Source: Macrostomum lignano (Eukaryota). Taken from it: a stretch of 64,000 nucleotides of DNA. Under the pieces are notes generated by a model. It was not told the origin of the DNA. It did no database searches and saw nothing but the letters and a program-made list of their open reading frames with translations. Positions 12,043 to 22,900 of the stretch are shown here, piece after piece (positions within the stretch are counted from its first letter, which is position 1; the number at the start of each line of letters is the position of its first letter). The translations under genes were made by a program, and so were the position numbers. The stretch is from the NCBI GenBank assembly GCA_002269645.1, contig NIVC01000684.1:186001-250000 (forward strand), written 5' to 3'.

Positions 12043-12390
12043 GGGGGTGTGGCAGAGCAGCTCTGGTAAAGGCGTCTGGCTGTTACGTCCTCGGTTCGAT
12101 TCCGCTCGCCGCCGCTTGATTGCACGAAAATTGAACCTTGTCGTGCGATTCAACCCCCAAGGCACAGAGAGTGTACAAATGTACATTCCTGACATTAGAA
12201 AAGTCAGGGCCGCTGTGCACCCTGTGTGAGAGTCTGTATGAGTGCGTGCCTGAGTACAGTATTGGCTTAGCCTGTATGTGCTCAGGAGCCAGCTGAATGG
12301 GCAGAATTGGCTCAGCGCTGCTTGTGGGTCTATTTTCCTGATGGAGTTGTGCCCGCAGCGCTCCTACCATTAACATTATTAATGTTACAT
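12043..12390 (+). mobile_element. tRNA-derived SINE (lineage B)
   Basis: tRNA-like head with A box (TGGCAGAGCAG..TGG) and B box (GGTTCGATTCC); central region homologous to SINEs at 32619 and 55322; followed by (TATC)n. Confidence 0.7.
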
Positions 12391-12391
12391 G

Positions 12392-12395
12392 TCTG

Positions 12396-12448
<53 letters not shown>

Positions 12449-12469
12449 ATCTATCTATCTATCTATCTT

Positions 12470-12530
<61 letters not shown>

Positions 12531-12544
12531 TTATCTATCTATCT

Positions 12545-12631
<87 letters not shown>

Positions 12632-12645
12632 ACTAACTAACTAAC

Positions 12646-12688
<43 letters not shown>

Positions 12689-12710
12689 ATGTCTATCTAT
12701 CTATTTATCC

Positions 12711-12778
<68 letters not shown>

Positions 12779-12788
12779 ACTAACTAAC

Positions 12789-12831
<43 letters not shown>

Positions 12832-12888
12832 ATGTCTATCTATCTATTTATCCATCTATCTATCTATCTATTTATCTTTCTATCCATC

Positions 12889-12975
<87 letters not shown>

Positions 12976-13005
12976 TCATCCATCTATCTATCTATCTATG
13001 TATCC

Positions 13006-13037
<32 letters not shown>

Positions 13038-13038
13038 G

Positions 13039-13087
<49 letters not shown>

Positions 13088-13190
13088 TCATCCATCTATC
13101 TATCTATCTATGTATCCATCTATCTATCTATCTATCTATCTATCTGTCTATCTATCTATCTATCTATCTATCTACCTATCTATCTATCTG

Positions 13191-13274
<84 letters not shown>

Positions 13275-13325
13275 CCTATCTATCTATCTGTCTATCTATC
13301 TATCTATCTATCTATATCTATCTTC
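12392..13325. repeat. (TATC)n microsatellite, ~930 bp, with (CTAA)n interruptions
   Basis: Directly visible. Confidence 0.98.
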
Positions 13326-14636
13326 TATGTCAAACATAAAAGAAGCGTCATTGAGGAATTGCTAGGATGCCAAGGCTCGGGGTCGGGTGGGGGTTTTCTA
13401 TAATGCTGCGATTCTGAGGAATTTATGAGATGTCAGGTCTTACGGGGGAATTTCTGACAAGTCAGAAAATTTTTATTCCATTCTTTGTTGCATACCCAAC
13501 GGGAGGGCGCTGATTGCTACTCGTAGTCCAAATACTAATTTAAGCTAAGCTTCTATGCGGGAAACATAGAAACAAGGGAAGGAGGGATAAAGCTTGTTAT
13601 TAATATACTAGCGATTATTATTATTAAAAATCAATAATAATTACACCATTCAACTATTTATTGATCACAAAAGTTAAGTAAACTGTGGTCCAATTTATAA
13701 CGCTAAAAAGCTTGAAATATTATATTTCTATTGGTTCTATTGATTATTTTGGTTTCGATCTGAACAAGACCGTACGGAAATAATTAAGCAAAATAACGCG
13801 ATATTTCAGATCATGAGTTCATTTCGTCCGTTTGCATATCATTTTGTAGATTTCGTTGGCAAATTGTTTCAATCTGTCGATCAGTTCTCGGCGGTAAGCA
13901 GCATGTTTATCGATTTGGAATAGGGCAGCAGCTGCTATATTGATGTCGCTGCAGTTCCTGAATGAGGTCTGTAAAAATTATTGGCAGCTGTGAAACTTGT
14001 TTACGCTGTTAATTATATGCAAATATGCAACCTGTCACTCTTTTTAGAAAAAAAAATTATGTTTCTGTTCTTACGCTTTAGCTTAAGCTTAATATTGCTT
14101 ATTCGGAACCAACGCATCTCATCACATTTGTTGTGCTACAGGCCGGATCGCGACTCTGATGATCTCAGTGAACGAGCCGAAGATGGCGCCAGTCCGGACT
14201 GACTTCGGACTCTGAGCGAGGGATCGCGTCAAGAGACTTGATCAGCCCGTCCCTATTGCACGAATTAATCCCCGCCAGTCCCTCAAATGAGAGAAACACT
14301 CTTTTATCTTTTATCACTCTTTTATCTTCACGAAGCAGCGGCGATGGCAGTAGGGGAGGCTTCTCTCAACTTCGCTCTTCAGTTCTGGCTGGGTAACTTC
14401 TGAGAAACCGAGTATAACTTCGGGTCTGATTGCAATACTAGAACGTATGGCTGTGTCTTGCACAATTCAACCAAAGAGATGCCTCCCCTATCGCCGCTCC
14501 TGCACACATTTATATTTACGCTAGCTGGTTGAGCCCTGGGGTATCACTACCCCAGGCCCAGCTAGCCAAAATTACGATCGTCTTATAAAAGTTACAAAGT
14601 CGGGGTCGCGTTTGGAGGGGGGAAAGAATACAAACC

Positions 14637-14700
14637 GATTGGCTGGACCACCAGCCAATCGCAGGGCGAGCGAGGGGGCGCACTGGAGCCGCAGCCAATC
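14637..14700. promoter_or_regulatory. Cluster of three CCAAT boxes, two forming a perfect hairpin GATTGGCTGG-ACCA-CCAGCCAATC
   Basis: Motifs seen; function and target gene unknown. Confidence 0.3.
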
Positions 14701-15202
14701 AAAACCGGCTGACCTAACAGACAGTGGGGTGGGTGCAACTGTGGCGAATACAGAATGGGGGGGCGGGGGTTGACGCAGACAGAATGGGGGAGGGGGGTTG
14801 ACGCAAACAGAAACAGAATGGGGGGTTGGCGCAGGCACGCGGCCGGGAGGGGTGGGAGTGCAGTGCCGGGCACACTTGACCGAGAGCCAAAGATTGCTCA
14901 TCGGTGCAAGTGCACCCGGGCACAACACATTCTTTAATGAGGTCTATGATCAGGTATCCTAGGATCAGGCTTGTCGGTCATTATGTCAGGCTTATTTGTC
15001 AGCTTCACTAATCAGGTTTTCTTGTCAGCTCCACTGGTCAGATTTTCTTGTCAGCTTCACTAATCAGGTTTTCTTGTCAGCTTCACTAATCAGGTTTTTT
15101 GTCAGGTTGGGTTCCTGAGTTATTTTTCAAATGGGCAGCCAGCCCAGGCATTAGTCAACAAAATCATAAGAATTGCCATCGTTTTGAGATCACATTTCGA
15201 TG

Positions 15203-16349
15203 GATAGACTGATCATCAATAGCTACAGTAGATAGACTGATCATCAATAGCTACAGTAGATAGATAGACTGATCATCAATAGCTACAGTAGATAGACTGA
15301 TCATCAATAGCTAAAGTAGATAGATAGACTGATCATCAATAGCTACAGTAGATAGACTGATCATCAATAGCTAAAGTAGATAGATAGACTGATCATCAAT
15401 AGCTACAGTAGATAGACTGATCATCAATAGCTACAGTAGATAGACTGATCATCAATAGCTACAGTAGATAGACTGATCATCAATAGCTACAGTAGATAGA
15501 TAGACTGATCATCAATAGCTACAGTAGATAGACTGATCATCAATAGCTAAAGTAGATAGATAGACTGATCATCAATAGCTACAGTAGATAGATAGACTGA
15601 TCATCAATAGCTACAGTAGATAGACTGATCATCAATAGCTAAAGTAGATAGATAGACTGATCATCAATAGCTACAGTAGATAGACTGATCATCAATAGCT
15701 ACAGTAGATAGACTGATCATCAATAGCTACAGTAGATAGACTGATCATCAATAGCTATCTGATAGGCTCAATCTGGCCTATCATCAATAGCTACAGTAGA
15801 TAGACTGATCATCAATAGCTACAGTAGATAGACTGATCATCAATAGCTACAGTAGATAGACTGATCATCAATAGCTAAAGTAGATAGATAGACTGATCAT
15901 CAATAGCTACAGTAGATAGACTGATCATCAATAGCTACAGTAGATAGACTGATCATCAATAGCTACAGTAGACAGACTGATCATCAATAGCTACAGTAGA
16001 TAGACTGATCATCAATAGCTACAGTAGACAGACTGATCATCAATAGCTACAGTAGACAGACTGATCATCAATAGCTACAGTAGATAGACTGATCATCAAT
16101 AGCTACAGTAGATAGACTGATCATCAATAGCTACAGTAGATAGACTGATAATCAATGGCTACAGTAAACAGACTGATCATCAATAGCTACAGTATAGTAG
16201 ATAGACTGATCATCACTAGCTACAGTATAGTAGATAGACTGATCATCAATAGCTACAGTAGATAGACTGATCATCAATAGCTTCAGTAGATAGATAGACT
16301 GATTATCAATAGCTACAGTAGATAGATAGACTGATCATCAATAGCTACA
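15203..16349. repeat. 28-bp minisatellite (GATAGACTGATCATCAATAGCTACAGTA) with +TAGA 32-bp variants
   Basis: Tandem copies visible. Confidence 0.95.
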
Positions 16350-16867
16350 GTTTTAGTTTGTATAGTGTCACCTGAACTTTCAGCGCTAGCGAGCTAACTA
16401 CGGAGCTCCTAATGCATGTTAAATTCCCATAGGCGGAAATCAGTGAGGCGGAGAAAATTGCGGAATTGGTGAATGCGGGATTTTTTCTGCGTGCTAGGCA
16501 ATTTTCTGCAACAATTCCACCTTTCAGGGCTACATATATTTTCCAATTAGACATGGTGCTTGATTTTAAGTCCTATAACTACCGTGGGATATAAGCATTA
16601 AGGATCATTTATACATGTCTCTACGGTACAAGTTTAAAAGTGGTAAAAGTTATCTCTGCTGCTTTTTAAGTTCATAAGCTGGAGATTAAAATCACGAATA
16701 CATAGGCGACAAAAGCAGAAATGTCTAATAAAAGTTTTTCTTTGAGTTTGCTACTGCACACAACACTGATCTAAGAATACAGTACCGTAATGTATGGTCG
16801 TTATATTTGGTTTCGCTGTTTAAATCAAAGTACAATTATCTCTCTGCTTCGATCTGGCCTTCTGTTG

Positions 16868-17412
16868 TTGGGTTATCCATCACTTCGGGTCATCTGTCGC
16901 TGGGTCATCCATCACTTCGGGTCATCTGTCGCTGGGTCATCCATCACTTCGGGGATCATATGTCGCTGGGTCATCCATCACTTCGGGGATCATCTGTCGC
17001 TGGGTCATCCATCACTTCGGGTCATCTGTCGCTGGGTCATCCATCACTTCGGGGATCATCTGTCGCTGGGTCATCCATCACTTCGGGGATCATATGTCGC
17101 TGGGTCATCCATCACTTCGGGGATCATCTGTCGCTGGGTCATCCATCACTTCGGGGATCATATGTCGCTGGGTCATCCATCACTTCGGGTCATCTGTCGC
17201 TGGGTCATCCATCACTTCGGGGATCATATGTCGCTGGGTCATCCATCACTTCGGGGATCATATGTCGCTGGGTCATCCATCACTTCGGGGATCATATGTC
17301 GCTGGGTCATCCATCACTTCGGGGATCATCTGTCGCTGGGTCATCCATCACTTCGGGGATCATCTGTCGCTGGGTCATCCATCACTTCGGGTCATCTGTC
17401 GCTGGGTTATCT
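16868..17412. repeat. 32/34-bp minisatellite (GGGTCATCCATCACTTCGGGGATCATCTGTCGCT)
   Basis: Tandem copies; ends about 40 bp from the GPCR stop codon. Confidence 0.95.
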
Positions 17413-17452
17413 ATCCCTTCAGACTCTGTCAATCGCTCCGTTTCCCATCCCT

Positions 17453-18556
17453 TCAAACAGCCGTTACTCGGCATGTAGTATCGCCGTAAACCAACAGCTC
17501 GACAGCAACAACCTGATGCTCTTCCCGTAGCGGTTCAAGTTCACAAGCAGCAGCCTCGGCAGCAACAACAGCAACAACGGGCTCTTCTCTCCGCTGTCGC
17601 ATTTGAACTCTTCGACTTTCGTTAATGGTCGCACGACTTTGAAGAACAGCTTTCGAACAGCGGCGTCTCATTGCAAGCATCAATTGCTGCCGGAAGCTGG
17701 TGCTAAACGCTAGCATGACGAACAGATTCAGACAGGTGTCAATGACAATTAGCAGGTGGTTAACCCGGTACAGGATGTGCATAATCTCGGCAAAGTAGCG
17801 CGGAAACGCGGATATGCCGGTAGTCATGAGCCGGATAATGCCCAAGTACACAACTAAAGCGTATGGCAACTCCAACAAGATGAAGGACACTGCAATTGTC
17901 ACAACTATTTTACTAGCCTGACTCTCACGGCGTTGAAAATTGAACACATTACTGCGGCGAATGTAATAGACGATTAGTGCGGCCGTTACCGCGATGATTG
18001 ACCCGGCAACTACCGTGTTTAGAAAGTGCCTGACCAGAGCCAGGGCGCGGCTCAGGCTCTTAGCTGTCTGGCCGGTGAAGTAGTTCACCAACAGGAGGTC
18101 CAGGCAGCTCCAGCAGGCGCTGAAGATGGCCGCGGTTGAGAACAGCCAAGCCTGCTGCCTGCGGGACATGATCTGCCGGCTGAGGAACGGCTGCCGGACG
18201 GCCACAGTCCTAGCCAGAGTCATCACACACAGCCAGTAATTCCTTAGCAGATGAAATGCTTCAAAGCTGAAATTGAATTTCTCAACAACTCGGATACGTT
18301 CCTCGCCGCCAGTCCAGAGCTCGGAGTGCATGATGAGCAGGGACAGGTTGATGCCAATCTCAGTCACAGCCAGAAGCAGTACACCTTTGGCGCCTGTGCG
18401 CGATCCAATGCTGCCGAGAGCCGCCACCAGGCTGATATTCAGCGCTAGGCTGAGCAAGTTGAACGCCTGTACGGTGATCGCCAGTCTTTGCGACGCCGCT
18501 CCCGGATCCGGGAAGGCGTCCTCCGCGTCCGAAGTGTCGTTGCTGTTTTGGGCCAT
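17453..18556 (-). CDS. Intronless class A (rhodopsin-like) orphan/peptide-type GPCR, 367 aa, divergent motifs
   Basis: About seven hydrophobic segments; TM3 MTLARTVAV at the DRY position, TM6 ELPY, TM7 DTCLNLFVMLAFSTSFRQQL with helix 8. Confidence 0.85.
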   Translation of the reverse strand: MAQNSNDTSDAEDAFPDPGAASQRLAITVQAFNLLSLALNISLVAALGSIGSRTGAKGVLLLAVTEIGINLSLLIMHSELWTGGEERIRVVEKFNFSFEAFHLLRNYWLCVMTLARTVAVRQPFLSRQIMSRRQQAWLFSTAAIFSACWSCLDLLLVNYFTGQTAKSLSRALALVRHFLNTVVAGSIIAVTAALIVYYIRRSNVFNFQRRESQASKIVVTIAVSFILLELPYALVVYLGIIRLMTTGISAFPRYFAEIMHILYRVNHLLIVIDTCLNLFVMLAFSTSFRQQLMLAMRRRCSKAVLQSRATINESRRVQMRQRREEPVVAVVAAEAAACELEPLREEHQVVAVELLVYGDTTCRVTAV

Positions 18557-18929
18557 GGACTCAAAAACAATTGACTGAGCTTGGTGGATAATTACCGGTA
18601 TTCTCCTCGCCCTGTTTAAATAGCCCTATCACGGATTTCAATGCCTTGAGATTCTATTGGCTAAGAGAGTTGCGACATCGTTATAGGCTGGTAAACATCG
18701 GAGCAGGTTTACTTGCCGATGTTTTCCCTTCTGTGCCGGGTTTGTCAGTGAAACCTGTCTGTTTTTGCTTCTCCATTTCAAGCCGGCCAGCCGGTTCTGA
18801 AACAAACAGGACACTGCAGATTGACCCGGAAGTACAGAAATGTCTGCTCGCTTGACTGACAGCAGGATAAACAGCCTCACTGAGCAACTTAAATCGTAGA
18901 GCTTAAGCTCACTTAAGCCAACTCAAAAT

Positions 18930-19798
18930 CTGAATATTTGACTGACCGGCTGACAATCTCATTGACAAACTGACAATCTCACTGCCAAATTGACAACCTC
19001 ACTGACAAATTGACAACCTCACTGACAAACTGACAACCTCACTGACAAACTGACAACCTCACTGACAAATTGACAACCTCACTGACAAATTGACAACCTC
19101 ACTGACAAATTGACAACCTCACTGACAAACTGACAACCTCACTGACAAACTGACAACCTCACTGACAAATTGACAACCTCACTGACAAATTGACAACCTC
19201 ACTGACAAATTGACAACCTCACTGACAAATTGACAACCTCACTGACAAACTGACAACCTCACTGACAAACTGACAACCTCACTGACAAATTGACAACCTC
19301 ACTGACAAATTGACAACCTCACTGACAAATTGACAACCTCACTGACAAATTGACAACCTCACTGACAAATTGACAACCTCACTGACAAATTGACAACCTC
19401 ACTGACAAATTGACAACCTCACTGACAAATTGACAACCTCACTGACAAATTGACAACCTCACTGACAAATTGACAACCTCACTGACAAATGACAACCTCA
19501 CTGACAAATTGACAACCTCACTGACAAATTGACAACCTCACTGACAAATTGACAACCTCACTGACAAATTGACAACCTCACTGACAAATTGACAACCTCA
19601 CTGACAAATTGACAACCTCACTGACAAATTGACAACCTCACTGACAAATTGACAACCTCACTGACAAATTGACAACCTCACTGACAAATTGACAACCTCA
19701 CTGACAAACTGACAACCTCACTGACAAATTGACAACCTCACTGACAAATTGACAACCTCACTGACAAATTGACAACCTCACTGACAAATTGACAACCT
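18930..19798. repeat. 20-bp minisatellite (CTCACTGACAAATTGACAAC)
   Basis: Highly homogeneous tandem copies. Confidence 0.97.
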
Positions 19799-19971
19799 TA
19801 CGGACACACTGCAATTTTAAAATGATGTTTTTAAAAGGTTCAGCCATAGATAATTTATTACGTTGATGTTGCTTTGGCTCAATTATTTATTTTTAATGCT
19901 CACCTCTCTCTCTCAAGATTTATTATTGAATTTTTACTATCAACTAAGCCAAAATCTTGATACCCACTGCC

Positions 19972-22900
19972 ATGGCGTCCAGCAACACGTCGGAAGCTTC
20001 AGTCCGGCAGAAGGACATCTTCAACATCGAATGCCTGACCATCGTCAACACCTACAGGCGAGTGCACGGCGTGCCTCATCTGTGCTATTCGGAGAAGCTG
20101 GCGGAGAAGGCGCAGGTCTGGGCTAGCAAGCTCGCCATGGAGGACAAAGACCTGCTGCACGACCCAGCAATACTGGCGGCTGAGAGCAGCGCCAGCGTTG
20201 ACTGGGGACGAACTGACGGAGAAAATGTTGGAGTCACCAATCCACAAATCAACTCGTACTACGAAGGTTGTTGTTTTTCTTCTTTTCGTTGTTCAGTTTC
20301 GCCGAGGGCACTTTGCATGCCAGCGGTAGCGAATGAAACATTAAGGAGTTAGATCTTAGCAACCAACTTTACCACCCTTTACCGCCCTAGCAATCGTCTT
20401 GGCGTCCCTAGCAACCAAATTTGACCACCCCAGTAATCGTCTTGGCGTCCCTAGCAACCAACTTTCCGCCCTATAGCAATTGTCTTGGCGTCCCTAGCAA
20501 CCAATTTTTACAACTCTGGTAATCGTCTTGGCGGCCCTAGCAACTAACTTGACGGTCCTAGCAACCAAATTGACGCATAAAGCAACCAAGTTCTTTAACG
20601 TAAGCAAAAAAAACCGAACGCCTCTAGCAACTCACATATCTGTGTTGTGGCCACTGGCCAAATGAATTAAATCAATAGGTGAAGGAGAGGAGAGGTGGCT
20701 CTCAGCTACAGTGAGCTAGCCAATATATATTGTCTGACTGATACGAGATAGATGCACATCGGTGCGCGTAAGTTACATAATAGCATTGAGCATGCACATT
20801 CACAACATCACCCCCCCCCGTGCAAAGAGGTGACAGATTACGGGTGGGATAAGCAGACGCATTAAAGCAAGCAATATCAATGGAACAGTTTTCGGTGCAT
20901 GAGCAGTCAGTTAGCCAAGTCAGTCAATCGTGAGTCACAACGTTGCCGAACCATTGAGGCGGTGCGCGAAGTCTTTCAGAGCGGCGCAGTGGTGGCGTTC
21001 GCGGCGCCGCCTCTGGTTGTCCGCCGTCCGGCTGTTGCAGAGCCTCTGTGTCATCAGCCCCGTCACCCCAGCCGTGGTGGTCATCCAGGATGCAGCGGCT
21101 GATGTACCAGCGGCTACCATCGGTCAGGGTGATTGTGTTGCCTTCGCGACTGACAACTGTCTGCGGCTCGGAGACGCCGCTGCTGAGCTTTCCGCGCCTC
21201 GGCCGGCGGACGCGGACGAGGCTCCCGGTAGTCAGCGCTGCCTCCTTCAACGGCTGGTTCCGCTTGCGCATCCGGCGGCGGCTCTTGGCCCGCTGCTGTC
21301 GCTCCATGACCCTGCGCCGCAGCTCCTGGTCCGTCGTTGACTCGGTGCTTGCTGGTTGAAGACGATCGAGAGGCAGGCGGAGCTTCCGTCCCAGCATCAG
21401 TTCAGCCGGCGACTTCTTGGTCAGCGCGTGCTCAGATGATCGCTACGCTAGCAGCAGCTCCTGAACCGCCTGCTTCGCTGGCACACCGTCGGTGAGTAGT
21501 GCGCGCAGTGAGGTCTTGATGAAGCCGTCGAACCTCTCGACTCCGCCATTCTGCTGTGGACAGTAGAACGGAGTGCGACGGTGCTTGATGCCGAGCGAGC
21601 TGAGGAAGTCCGTGAACTCGGTTGACACAAACTGAGGTCCGTTGTCCGTGGTAATTTCGTCTGGAAGCCCCGAGCGGACGAACAGGCTGCGAAGGGCTTC
21701 GATACAGGCAGCGGAAGTCACGGATGAAGATGCGATGATCTCAGGCCACTTAGAGTAGAGATCGTGAACGACGATGAAAAATCGATGGGACGGTGGTACA
21801 TTGGCTTCCGGCAGCTCTCCAACGATATCGACTTGCAGCTGCCGCCATGGACCCGCTGGTAGCTCCGTCGTTGACCATGGGACCTTAATCGGCTTGAACG
21901 CTTTCTCGGACAGGACGCAGGCGCTGCAGTTCCGCACGAAGGCTTCCACGTCGCTGTCGATGCGAGACCACCAGACCGTATCGCGGCACCGCGCCTTGAC
22001 CTTGGCGACGCCGAGATGTCCTTGATGCGCCTCTGCCAGCACAAGGTCGCGGAGGTCAGTTGGGATGACGGCTCGGCTGCCTCTCGCCAGGCAGCAACCG
22101 TAGTTCCACAGGAAGAGCTCGTGTTGCATCTGGTGGAAGCCCTTCAGGTCGGCTGGAACCTCGGCTGGCCATCCGTTGATGAAGAACCCGATGACTCGCT
22201 GCAGTTGGTTGTCGCTCTTGGTTGCATCGGCCAGTTGAGTGACTGAGATCGGCTCAGCGCTTCTGGCCAGCACCAGGTTGATGTCGGACTCGCTCTGGTG
22301 CTGCTCATTGGACTCATTGGACTCGTTGGACTCGTTGGACTCTTGCCATCGTAGCCGTAGCGAGACAGAAAGTCGGGCTAGACGTTTAGCTTGCCGGGGA
22401 CGTACTCGATTTCGAAGTCGTAGACGAAGAGTCGCTCGCACCAGCGCTGAAGTCGAAGAGGTCGTTGGCCGACTCCTCGAGGTGACAGCAGGGTCGTCAG
22501 CGCTTGATGGTCGGTGAGAAGCTTGAACTTGCGACCGTACAGCAGCAGGTGCCAATGCTCGCAGCTCCAGACGCAGGCCAAGGCCTTTTTCTCTGACGCA
22601 GAGTAGCGGCGCTCGGTGTCGGATAGGGCTCGCGAGGCGAAGGCGACTGGCCGCAGCTGTCCGTGCTCGTCGACTTGGCTCAGGGTCGCGCCCAGGGCGA
22701 CGTCGCTGCTGTCGCAGGAGACGACGGTCTCGTGATCTTGGTCGAAGAACTTCAGGCACGGTGCTGATGAGATGAGCCGCTTCACTTCGCTGACGACTGC
22801 CTCTCATTTCGCGTCCCAGTTCCATGGCGTGTCCTTGCGCAGGAGCGCTGTCAGCGGCTCGGCGACGTGAGACAGGTTCTTGATGTAGAACTGGAAGAAA

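Noticed and set aside
12043-12115. tRNA genes at the SINE heads (also 32910-32978, 55322-55385)
   Set aside because: No intact cloverleaf or anticodon arm; each continues into a SINE body.
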